NCBI GenBank assembly: GCA_044375965.1
Contig: JBILLR010000001.1
Location: 1 to 41,333, forward strand
DNA length: 41,333 nt
Direction: 5' to 3'
From: Opitutales bacterium
GTDB lineage: Bacteria; Verrucomicrobiota; Verrucomicrobiia; Opitutales; UBA953
In this document: piece after piece, positions 34,683 through 41,333 of the stretch
Position numbering within the stretch: the first letter of the stretch is position 1
Layout of the letters: each line of letters begins with the position of its first letter
Position numbers and translations under genes: made by a program
Notes under the pieces: model-generated
The model's input: only the letters and a program-made list of their open reading frames with translations
Database searches by the model: none
What the model was told of the DNA's origin: nothing

Positions 34683-35315
34683 TTAATGCGAAGCTTCGAG
34701 CAATTGCCAGGCCCGCCAGGCCATCAGCAGGCCGAGCGCCGACCAGAGTACGCCGAGCGCCCGATCGACCCCGCGGATCGTCGCCGGGTTCTTCAGAAGC
34801 ACGCGCAGACGATCGCCGACCAAGGCGTAAGAACTCATCACGCCGACCTCCGCGCCCAGGGTGCAGAGCAAGAATACGCCCGTGGTCGACCAAGCGAAGG
34901 CATCGGACGGCACGCCCGCGGCCTGGATGATGATCAGGAAGAACGGGATCGTCTTCGGATTCGAAAAGTTCACCCAAGCCCCGCGCAGGAAAAGCCGGCC
35001 GGCTCCGCCTTCGGATCCGGAGGATTCCGGCAGGCTCGAACGCGGTCGGGCGAGATGACCGACGCCTAGATAGAGGAAGTAAGCCATCCCGGCCGACGCG
35101 ACGACCGTCAGCGCCTGCGGCGCCTGGAGCGCCAACCACCGTGTCCCATAGAGGGCCAGGAAGAGGTGCGGCGTCTCGCCCACGGCGAGGCCCAGCGTAT
35201 GCCAGAAGGCGCGGCGCTGGCCGTAACGGAGTGACGTCTCAATGGTCGACAGCGCCGCCGGCCCGGGCGAGAGGCTCGCGGTCAGGCAGGCGGCGATGAG
35301 CAGACCGACGTTCAT
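34683..35315 (-). CDS. LysE/RhtB-family amino-acid exporter
   Basis: 210 aa with about 6 TM segments. The N-terminal 'LSPGPAALSTIETSLRYGQRRAF' is typical of the LysE family. Confidence 0.85.
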   Translation of the reverse strand: MNVGLLIAACLTASLSPGPAALSTIETSLRYGQRRAFWHTLGLAVGETPHLFLALYGTRWLALQAPQALTVVASAGMAYFLYLGVGHLARPRSSLPESSGSEGGAGRLFLRGAWVNFSNPKTIPFFLIIIQAAGVPSDAFAWSTTGVFLLCTLGAEVGVMSSYALVGDRLRVLLKNPATIRGVDRALGVLWSALGLLMAWRAWQLLEASH

Positions 35316-35321
35316 CCCCGC

Positions 35322-36728
35322 TCAGCGGAGGGACTGCTTCCAGCGCGCGATCTCACGGGCCACGGCCCTGGGGCCGGGCATGCCCGTGTTCTCACGCGCG
35401 GCGAAGCCACGCTTCAGGCTGAAGACCTCGCGCCAGCCCTTCGTGAACTCCTTGTCGGCGGTCAGCGCGGCGGCGTCGGAAAGCTTGTCGAGCGGCAGGC
35501 CGGACTTCTCGGCGAGGGCGACGAGGCGGCCGACGGCGTGGTGCGCGTGGCGGAACGGCATGCCCTTGCGGACGAGCCAGTCGGCGAGGTCGGTGGCGAG
35601 GAGCGCGGGATCGGACGCGGCGGCGAGGCAGCGCGCCTTGTTGAAGGTCGTGCCCGCGAGCGTGGCGTCGGCGACGGCGACGGACAGGATGAGCTGGTCG
35701 GCGGCGTCGAAGAGCGGCGGCTTATCGTCCTGCAGGTCGCGGTTATACGTGAGCGGCAGGCCCTTGGTGAGCGAGAGCAGGTGCGTGAGCGAGGCCTGGA
35801 AACGGGCGGCCTTGCCCCGGAGGAGCTCCATCGAATCCGGATTGCGCTTCTGCGGCATCAGCGACGAACCCGTCGAGAATTCGTCGGGCAGGCGCGCGAA
35901 GCCGAACTCGGCGGAAGACCAGAGGACCATGTCCTCGGCCAGGCGGGAGAGGTGGACGCCGCAGAGGGCGGCGGCGAAGCAGAACTCCGTGGCCGGATCG
36001 CGGTCGGCGACGGCGTCCATGGAATTACGGGTGACCTGCGGGCGGCCCTTCTCGTCGACGAAGCCGAGCAGCTTCGCGGTGACCTCGCGGCGGATCGGCA
36101 GGGTCGTGCCGGCGATGGCGCCGGAGCCGAGCGGGCACCAGTTGGCGGAAGCCTTGGCGGCGGCGAGGCGCGCGCGGTCGCGGCCGAACATCTCGGCGTA
36201 GGCGAGCAGGTGGTGGGCGACGGAGACGGGTTGGGCGCGTTGCAGGTGCGTGTAGCCGGGCAAGATCACGTCGGCGTTGGCCTCGGCGAGCTTCACCAAC
36301 GTCTTGAGCAGCGAGACGAGGGCTTCGTCGGCGACGTCGCACTGGTCCTTGATCCAGAGACGGACGTCGGTCGCGACCTGGTCGTTACGCGAACGGGCCG
36401 TGTGCAGCTTGGCGGCGGCGGGGACCCGCTTCGTGAGCGCGCTCTCGATGTTCATATGCACGTCCTCGAGGTCGCGGCTCCAGACGAACCTGCCGGCGGC
36501 GATCTCCTTGGCGATGGCGTCGAGCCCGCGCAGGATCGCGTCGCGCTCCTTCTTGGTCAGGATCCCCGCCTGGGCGAGCATCGTGGCGTGGGCCTTCGAG
36601 CCGCGGATGTCCTGGGCCCACAGACGATGATCGAACGAGACGGACTCGCCGAAACGCAGCATCAGTTCGGCAGGACCGGCGCTGAACCGGCCGCCCCAGG
36701 TGGCCTGGGCTTTCTTCCTTGCGGACAT
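35322..36728 (-). CDS. argH: argininosuccinate lyase
   Basis: '[23 protein letters not shown]', '[10 protein letters not shown]' and the fumarate-lyase signature '[16 protein letters not shown]'. 468 aa. Confidence 0.95.
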   Translation of the reverse strand: MSARKKAQATWGGRFSAGPAELMLRFGESVSFDHRLWAQDIRGSKAHATMLAQAGILTKKERDAILRGLDAIAKEIAAGRFVWSRDLEDVHMNIESALTKRVPAAAKLHTARSRNDQVATDVRLWIKDQCDVADEALVSLLKTLVKLAEANADVILPGYTHLQRAQPVSVAHHLLAYAEMFGRDRARLAAAKASANWCPLGSGAIAGTTLPIRREVTAKLLGFVDEKGRPQVTRNSMDAVADRDPATEFCFAAALCGVHLSRLAEDMVLWSSAEFGFARLPDEFSTGSSLMPQKRNPDSMELLRGKAARFQASLTHLLSLTKGLPLTYNRDLQDDKPPLFDAADQLILSVAVADATLAGTTFNKARCLAAASDPALLATDLADWLVRKGMPFRHAHHAVGRLVALAEKSGLPLDKLSDAAALTADKEFTKGWREVFSLKRGFAARENTGMPGPRAVAREIARWKQSLR

Positions 36729-36773
36729 GACGAACCAATGCCCCCGGGAGGGCGTTCAGGCAAGCAAGGACGC

Positions 36774-37145
36774 TCAGCGGCCGGCCGGAGCGGGCGCAGC
36801 CTGAGCGGCGCTCCTGGCGGGCGTGGCCATGCCACGGGCGCCGTCGACGCGGATCACGATCTCGCCGGGCTCGGCGACGCCCATGCGTTCACGGGCCTGG
36901 TCACGGACGAATTCCGGGTCGCGACCAAAACGATCGACATAGCGGTCGGTCTGGCCGCGCGTACGCTCGAGCGCCGCGTAGGCCTGCTCTTTCTGGCGCT
37001 CGCTGGCTCGGAGGCCTTCGAGGCGCGCGACTTCGTCGCCGTAGGTCGACCAGGTGAAGGCGAGCACGGTGCAGAAGAGGATGAACGACGCCCAGAGAAA
37101 CAGCTTCTCGGTCTGCGGGTTACGGGAAGAAGGCTCGCTATCCAT
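36774..37145 (-). CDS. septum formation initiator-like (FtsB/DivIC family) protein
   Basis: 123 aa. A single N-terminal TM segment ('LFLWASFILFCTVLAF') is followed by a coiled-coil segment and 'VRDQARERMGVAEPGEIVIRV', typical of FtsB-like proteins. Confidence 0.65.
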   Translation of the reverse strand: MDSEPSSRNPQTEKLFLWASFILFCTVLAFTWSTYGDEVARLEGLRASERQKEQAYAALERTRGQTDRYVDRFGRDPEFVRDQARERMGVAEPGEIVIRVDGARGMATPARSAAQAAPAPAGR

Positions 37146-37202
37146 GACGACCGCGCGAGTGAAAGCGGAAATCGAATACGGAGCGAGGGGAAAATGGGCC
37201 GG

Positions 37203-37688
37203 TCAGCGGACGACCGCGGCGGCCTTGGCCAGCGAGCCGCTGAACTCCATGAAGGCCCAGACGACGACACCGGTGACGGAGACGTAGAGCCAGACCGGGA
37301 AGACCCAGCGCGTGAGGCGCTTGTGCTCCTCGAGGCGGCCGACCTTGGCCAGCCAGACCGCCCGCAGGACGAAGGGGGTGACGACGATGGCGAGGATGAC
37401 GTGCGGGATGAGGATGAAGAGGTAGAGCGACTTGAGCCCGGCCCAGGTCGAAGCAGCGTCAGGGGCGTAGGTGACGTTGGTCCGGCCAAGAGCGACCCAC
37501 AGGTGGACCTTGGAAGCCAGGTAGACCGCCAAGAAGAGCGCCGAGGTCATGACCGCCCACTTCATCGCCTTGCCATGCCCCTCGCGGTCGCCTGCCTTGA
37601 TACGGAAGATGCCGACCAAGAGGAAGACCGTGGCCAAGCCGTTGAGTCCGGCGACGGCCCGGGAGAGGATTTCGGTGGTGGAAGCCAT
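37203..37688 (-). CDS. DUF420-family membrane protein
   Basis: The ATG at 37688 is preferred over the track's TTG at 37736. It has four TM segments. 'LNGLATVFLLVGIFRIKAGDREGHGKAMKWAVMTSALFLAVYL' resembles the DUF420 family, often linked to haem-copper oxidase loci. Confidence 0.7.
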   Translation of the reverse strand: MASTTEILSRAVAGLNGLATVFLLVGIFRIKAGDREGHGKAMKWAVMTSALFLAVYLASKVHLWVALGRTNVTYAPDAASTWAGLKSLYLFILIPHVILAIVVTPFVLRAVWLAKVGRLEEHKRLTRWVFPVWLYVSVTGVVVWAFMEFSGSLAKAAAVVR

Positions 37689-37790
37689 GCCCCAGCAGAA
37701 GGGGTTTCCCGCGAAATGCCAACCTTTCGCGGGCAAGACAGCCCAGCCGAAGGTAACTAAACCGAAGTGTCGCGGTTCTATTCATACCCC

Positions 37791-38759
37791 ATGAACCCCA
37801 CCCTCCTCACCTTACTGGCAGTATCCCTGCTGGCGGCCGGCCCGGCCCTCAAGGTCGCCGACAGCGCCCCGCCCGCCCAGAACAAGGTCACGATCACCCT
37901 CCAGGGGGATAAGCGGGTCATCGAATCCAACGGCATACCGGACCACAAGGTCGCCTCGTTCCCCAACCGGGGTAACCCTAATGCCATCTCCGAGCAGGAA
38001 TACCGGCTCGAGGTGCCCGCTCGACCCCAGCCGGCGACCGAGCAACCCGGCCGCTTCCCCTACGCCTGGGGGGTCGCCCTGAACGGCGTGGTCTTCGACC
38101 CCGGCACCGCCGAAGTCTTTAACGATGGCGACCGGAGCAACCTTTGGCGCTACGAGGCGCTCAAGAGCAACACTGAGATGGGCACGACCCCCCGGATCCC
38201 GACCGGACTCGGCCTCGATCAGAACCATGGCCACGTCCAGCCGAACGGAGCCTACCATTATCACGGCCTCCCTACCCTGCTCATCGCGAGGCTCTCCGGC
38301 GGAGAAACAAAGATGACCCATGTCGGTTGGGCGGCCGACGGCTATCCGGTCTACGCAGTCTACGCCTACGCCGACCCGGTCGATCCGAAGAGCACCCTCA
38401 AGGCCATGAAGAGCAGCTATCGCCTGAAGACGGCCGAGCGGGGCGGCGACGGGCAGGCCAGCCCCACCGGGAAGCCCGACGGCTCCTTCGCCCTCGATTA
38501 CGAATATGTTCCGGGCCACGGCGACCTCGATGAATTCGGCGGGCGCACGGGCGTGACCCCGGAATTCCCGCAGGGCACTTATTACTACATGCTGACCGAG
38601 GACTTCCCGTTCATCCCGCGCAAGCTCAAGGGCACGCCAGACCCTTCGTTCAACAAGATGCGCATGGACGCCCATGCGAATCTCGGCGGCCAAAGCGGAC
38701 CCGGCGCGAAGGGCGGCAAGAAGGGCAAGAAAGGTCCGCCGCCGAACGGACCGCAGTAA
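37791..38759 (+). CDS. secreted YHYH-motif protein
   Basis: The ATG at 37791 is preferred over the track's GTG at 37767. Signal peptide 'MNPTLLTLLAVSLLAAGPA'. Contains 'IESNGIPDH' and 'HVQPNGAYHYHGLP' (YHYH family). The tail is Gly/Lys/Pro-rich. Confidence 0.8.
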   Translation: MNPTLLTLLAVSLLAAGPALKVADSAPPAQNKVTITLQGDKRVIESNGIPDHKVASFPNRGNPNAISEQEYRLEVPARPQPATEQPGRFPYAWGVALNGVVFDPGTAEVFNDGDRSNLWRYEALKSNTEMGTTPRIPTGLGLDQNHGHVQPNGAYHYHGLPTLLIARLSGGETKMTHVGWAADGYPVYAVYAYADPVDPKSTLKAMKSSYRLKTAERGGDGQASPTGKPDGSFALDYEYVPGHGDLDEFGGRTGVTPEFPQGTYYYMLTEDFPFIPRKLKGTPDPSFNKMRMDAHANLGGQSGPGAKGGKKGKKGPPPNGPQ

Positions 38760-38769
38760 GCGGACATGA

Positions 38770-38796
38770 AAAAGCCTCCCGATGGGGAGGCTTTTT
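38770..38796. terminator. bidirectional intrinsic terminator between convergent genes
   Basis: Stem AAAAGCCTCCC/GGGAGGCTTTT with loop GATG. The A-run and T-run on either side allow function on both strands. Confidence 0.75.
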
Positions 38797-38816
38797 GGTC
38801 GGCGGCCAGCGGAAGC

Positions 38817-39749
38817 TCAGGCGCCTTGTTTAGGGTCGAACTTCTTCTTCGGCTCTTCGGCCGGAGCCGGAGCGGTCTTCGTGCCGCCCGGGAATCCTGG
38901 CAGGCTGAAGCCCTTGCCTTCGACGAGCTTGAGGCGACGACGGACGTCGGCCGGAAGCTTCTCGACCGCCGCCTTGTCGGTCACGTCGCCTTCGAAGATC
39001 GTCTTCCCGTCGCGGTCCTTCACCACCGCGCGCTTCTGGCCGTCCTTCTCCTCGAGCGAGACGGAGCCTTCGCCGTCGGAGGCCATGGAGTGCGACGAAC
39101 TCTGCGCGCCGTTGCCGAAGCTGAACGAGAACGAGTGCGACGAGGACGAAGCGCCGGAACGGGCGCGGAGTTCATCGACCGTGGGGATGCGGGAACGGGC
39201 GCCGGGCGCCGGCATGATCCCGGCGCGCATATCTTCCAGCTGACGGAGCAGTTCGTCCGGCAGCGCCGCGCCCGGGGCGATCCGCAGACCAGGAGGTGTT
39301 TCGACGGTCCCGGCGCGACCGGGGCGGCCGACGACGACGCGCTCATCCGGACGGGCGCCCAGGACGATCTCGACGACCATCGGTTCCGCGGCGCGCACGA
39401 GCGTGAGCTTCGCCTTGTCGCCGGGCTGGCGCGTGCGCACGAGCGCGCGGAATTGTTCGGCGTTGAACAGCACCTGGTCGTCGAGGCGGGTGAGGACGTC
39501 TCCTTCTTCGACCTTGCCGACCGAAGGGCCCTGCGGGTCGATGAAGCCGACCTCGATGCCGACGCCCGCGGGAATGGAAGCCGTCGCGTCCTCGGAGCGC
39601 GGACCGACGTTGAGTCCGGCGTAGGCGAGCTTGGCGGCGACGGCGGCCTTGGCCGCCGGAGCGGCTTCGGTCTTGTCCTTCGCCTCCGCCGTGCCGACGA
39701 GACCGGCGAGCAGGAGCATGTGGAGCGGAATCTGGCGGAGCGTGTTCAT
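38817..39749 (-). CDS. secreted PDZ-domain protein (no protease domain evident)
   Basis: Signal peptide 'LHMLLLAGLVGTAEA'. PDZ-like segment 'GIEVGFIDPQGPSVGKVEEGDVLTRLDDQVLFNAEQFRALVRTRQPGDKAKLTLVR'. A Ser/His-rich low-complexity stretch follows. It is the last gene of the ECF sigma operon. Confidence 0.7.
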   Translation of the reverse strand: MNTLRQIPLHMLLLAGLVGTAEAKDKTEAAPAAKAAVAAKLAYAGLNVGPRSEDATASIPAGVGIEVGFIDPQGPSVGKVEEGDVLTRLDDQVLFNAEQFRALVRTRQPGDKAKLTLVRAAEPMVVEIVLGARPDERVVVGRPGRAGTVETPPGLRIAPGAALPDELLRQLEDMRAGIMPAPGARSRIPTVDELRARSGASSSSHSFSFSFGNGAQSSSHSMASDGEGSVSLEEKDGQKRAVVKDRDGKTIFEGDVTDKAAVEKLPADVRRRLKLVEGKGFSLPGFPGGTKTAPAPAEEPKKKFDPKQGA

Positions 39750-39792
39750 GGTGGGCCTTTATGAGATGAGCGGAGCAGGACGGAGGAATTGT

Positions 39793-40212
39793 TCAGTTCG
39801 TCTCAAGCGGAAGGAGCGCGAGCCGGTCGTTCGGACGATAGTGGATCAGGCGGGCGTCACCCTGCGGATCTTCCCAGCGGGTGGTGTCCTGCCAGCGCAC
39901 GCGCACCGGGCGGGCGAAGGAGCCGTCGTTCATGCGCACCGGGCGGAAGAACTGCACGTCGGGCCGCGTCTGCTCGACATGCACGAGCTGGTAGGAAGGC
40001 GCCTCGGCTTCGGCGAAGCCGCCGAGGAAAGCAAAGGCCGCCAGGAAGACCGCGGCCAAGGCGGCGAAGCCGACGGACCAGGCGATGACCACGCCGCGAC
40101 GTGCGGGCTCGGCGTCGAGTTCGGCGGCGAGCCGGGCCGTCACGGCGGGGCCGGGCGGGCGCGGACGCAAAGCAGCGAGGGCCTGTTCGAGGTCGTGGTC
40201 GGGATCAGTCAT
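39793..40212 (-). CDS. putative single-pass anti-sigma factor
   Basis: The ATG at 40212 overlaps the sigma gene end by 8 nt (ATGACTGA). It has a short cytoplasmic N-terminus, one TM segment ('VVIAWSVGFAALAAVFLAAFAFLGGF') and a periplasmic domain. The role is assigned by position and topology only. Confidence 0.5.
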   Translation of the reverse strand: MTDPDHDLEQALAALRPRPPGPAVTARLAAELDAEPARRGVVIAWSVGFAALAAVFLAAFAFLGGFAEAEAPSYQLVHVEQTRPDVQFFRPVRMNDGSFARPVRVRWQDTTRWEDPQGDARLIHYRPNDRLALLPLETN

Positions 40213-40708
40213 GGGTGCGGGCGGTGATGTTTCGGCGCAGGGCCTCCATGGCATAGCGCCACCGCGAAGCCGCGGTGTTCGGGGAAATGGAAAGTTGTCC
40301 GCCGATCTCGTCGAAGGTCAGGTCGCCCCAGACCTTGAGCACGACGACTTCGCGCTGCTCATCGGGCAGCAGCTTGAGCGACTCGGCGAGGGCGGCCAGG
40401 CGCGGATCGGCCTCCGGCTCGAACCAGGTCACGGTCTCCATGCCGTCGCCCACGGCCTTCTCGCGGAGGGCGCGGCGGTCGGTGCGGCGCAGCAGGTCCA
40501 GCGCCGAGCGACGGATCGAAGTCACCACGAGGGCGTTCGGATTGCCGGGCAGGTGACGTTGATGTTTCCAAAAGCGGACAAATGCCTCCTGCAGGACGTC
40601 GTCCGCATCGGCTTCGCTCCGGGTCCATTGGCGCGCGACCAACCGGAGCCGGGCGCCGTGTTCGGCGAACCAGGCCCGCCAATCCTGAGCGGAATGGGCG
40701 TCGTGCAT
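40205..40708 (-). CDS. ECF-type RNA polymerase sigma factor (sigma-70 family, group 4)
   Basis: Region 2 'ADADDVLQEAFVRFWKH'. Region 4 'LPDEQREVVVLKVWGDLTFDEIGGQLSISPNTAASRWRYAMEALR'. Confidence 0.9.
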   Translation of the reverse strand: MHDAHSAQDWRAWFAEHGARLRLVARQWTRSEADADDVLQEAFVRFWKHQRHLPGNPNALVVTSIRRSALDLLRRTDRRALREKAVGDGMETVTWFEPEADPRLAALAESLKLLPDEQREVVVLKVWGDLTFDEIGGQLSISPNTAASRWRYAMEALRRNITARTHD

Positions 40709-40830
40709 GCTTGTTGCTTAGAAAGCGGACCGAAGGGCGGTTTTTGTCTCCCGAGACCGTATCTTATGAAGCCGCCCTAAATCGTCAAAGCAGTTGCGAA
40801 ACCTCCCCGCCCCGCCTAATTCCCGGTCAG

Positions 40831-41333
40831 ATGCCCACTCCGCCCGTCCAGCCGCCTGCGAACGGTTTTTTCCGTTCCCTGATCCGCTGGTTCGATGCGG
40901 ACTATATCCCGGAAGGAATCGAAGCATTGCAGAGCACCCCCAAGAAGGTCGATTGGGCCCGCTCCATCCCCTTCATCATCCTCCATCTGGCCTGTTTTGC
41001 CGTCATCTGGGTCGGCGCCAGCCCGATCGCCGTCTGGACCGCGGTCGGCCTGTACTTCTTCCGGATGTTTGCGATCACGGGCTTCCTGCACCGCTACTTC
41101 TCGCACAAGACCTTCTCCACCTCCCGTGCCTTCCAGTTCGTGATGGCCGTCTGGACCGCCTTGGCCGTCCAGCGGGGCGCCCTCTGGTGGGCCTACACGC
41201 ACCGTCACCACCACAAGCATTCCGATGAAGAAGAGGACAAGCACTCCCCCGTCGTCGACGGCTTCTGGTGGTCGCACATCGGCTGGATCACCTCCAAGAA
41301 GAATTTCCCGACCGACTATTCCAAGATCCCCGA
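40831..41333 (+). CDS. membrane fatty-acid (acyl-CoA/acyl-lipid delta-9-type) desaturase, N-terminal fragment (3' end outside window)
   Basis: This CDS is not in the supplied ORF track because no stop is reached. My own translation from ATG 40831 is 'MPTPPVQPP...IPFIILHLACFAVIW...GFLHRYFSHKTF...WWAYTHRHHHKHSDEEEDKHSP...FWWSHIGWI'. It carries histidine boxes HRxxSH and HRxHH. Confidence 0.85.
   Translation, partial: MPTPPVQPPANGFFRSLIRWFDADYIPEGIEALQSTPKKVDWARSIPFIILHLACFAVIWVGASPIAVWTAVGLYFFRMFAITGFLHRYFSHKTFSTSRAFQFVMAVWTALAVQRGALWWAYTHRHHHKHSDEEEDKHSPVVDGFWWSHIGWITSKKNFPTDYSKIP

Noticed and set aside
35538-37760. 740-aa plus-strand ORF spanning the argH, FtsB-like and DUF420 region
   Set aside because: It is antisense to three well-supported genes, including argH with its fumarate-lyase signature. 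Its composition is Gly/Arg/Glu/Asp-rich with no motifs.
40725-40746. Weak hairpin ACCG-AAGGG-CGGT followed by TTTTT on the plus strand upstream of the desaturase
   Set aside because: The stem is only 4 bp and there is no plus-strand gene upstream to terminate. It lies in a divergent promoter region.

Overview
This is a 41.3 kb, visibly GC-rich bacterial chromosomal segment, with third codon positions almost always G/C. That bias produces many long spurious antisense or alternate-frame ORFs in the supplied track. I support about 38 protein-coding genes. I could not find any rRNA, tRNA, CRISPR array, transposase or integrase. All family assignments come from motif recognition by eye; no database search was possible.

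Gene order:
- Plus strand: helical-repeat protein fragment, sufE, ctaA, ctaB, 5-formyl-THF cyclo-ligase, an 1841-aa tandem double UvrA, pdxJ, acpS, nnr, dprA.
- Minus strand: SanA/DUF218.
- Plus strand: NtrC-family sigma-54 activator, DUF1080 protein.
- Minus strand: a 290-aa conserved protein and a gamma-carbonic-anhydrase-like LbH protein.
- Plus strand: rplU, rpmA.
- Minus strand: small ORF, MATE transporter, beta-propeller dehydrogenase-like protein, 5x CxxCH cytochrome c, TAT-exported TIM-barrel enzyme, exported DJ-1/PfpI.
- Plus strand: XylR/AraC regulator.
- Minus strand: orphan ABC ATPase.
- Plus strand: clpP, rhomboid, prc, galM.
- Minus strand: secreted Gfo/Idh/MocA oxidoreductase, LysE, argH, FtsB-like protein, DUF420.
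- Plus strand: YHYH protein.
- Minus strand: PDZ protein, anti-sigma factor, ECF sigma factor.
- Plus strand: a fatty-acid desaturase that runs off the 3' edge and is absent from the ORF track.

The gene content (DUF1080, YHYH, exported Gfo/Idh/MocA, PVC-style cytochrome/dehydrogenase proteins, double UvrA) suggests a PVC-superphylum organism, possibly Verrucomicrobiota. That placement is inference only.

Most interesting candidates:
1. A fully exported, translationally coupled operon (DJ-1/PfpI, TAT TIM-barrel, pentahaem cytochrome c, beta-propeller) under a divergent XylR-like regulator. It may be an uncharacterised periplasmic carbohydrate-oxidation module.
2. A clpP-rhomboid-prc operon joining cytoplasmic, intramembrane and periplasmic proteases.
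3. The covalently duplicated UvrA with four ABC modules.
4. A near-consensus sigma-54 promoter, with an upstream perfect palindrome and phased TAGG motifs, in front of an orphan sigma-54 activator.
5. REP-like GTAGGG-headed hairpin repeats flanking galM.
6. A six-run G-quadruplex motif in the rplU divergent promoter region.
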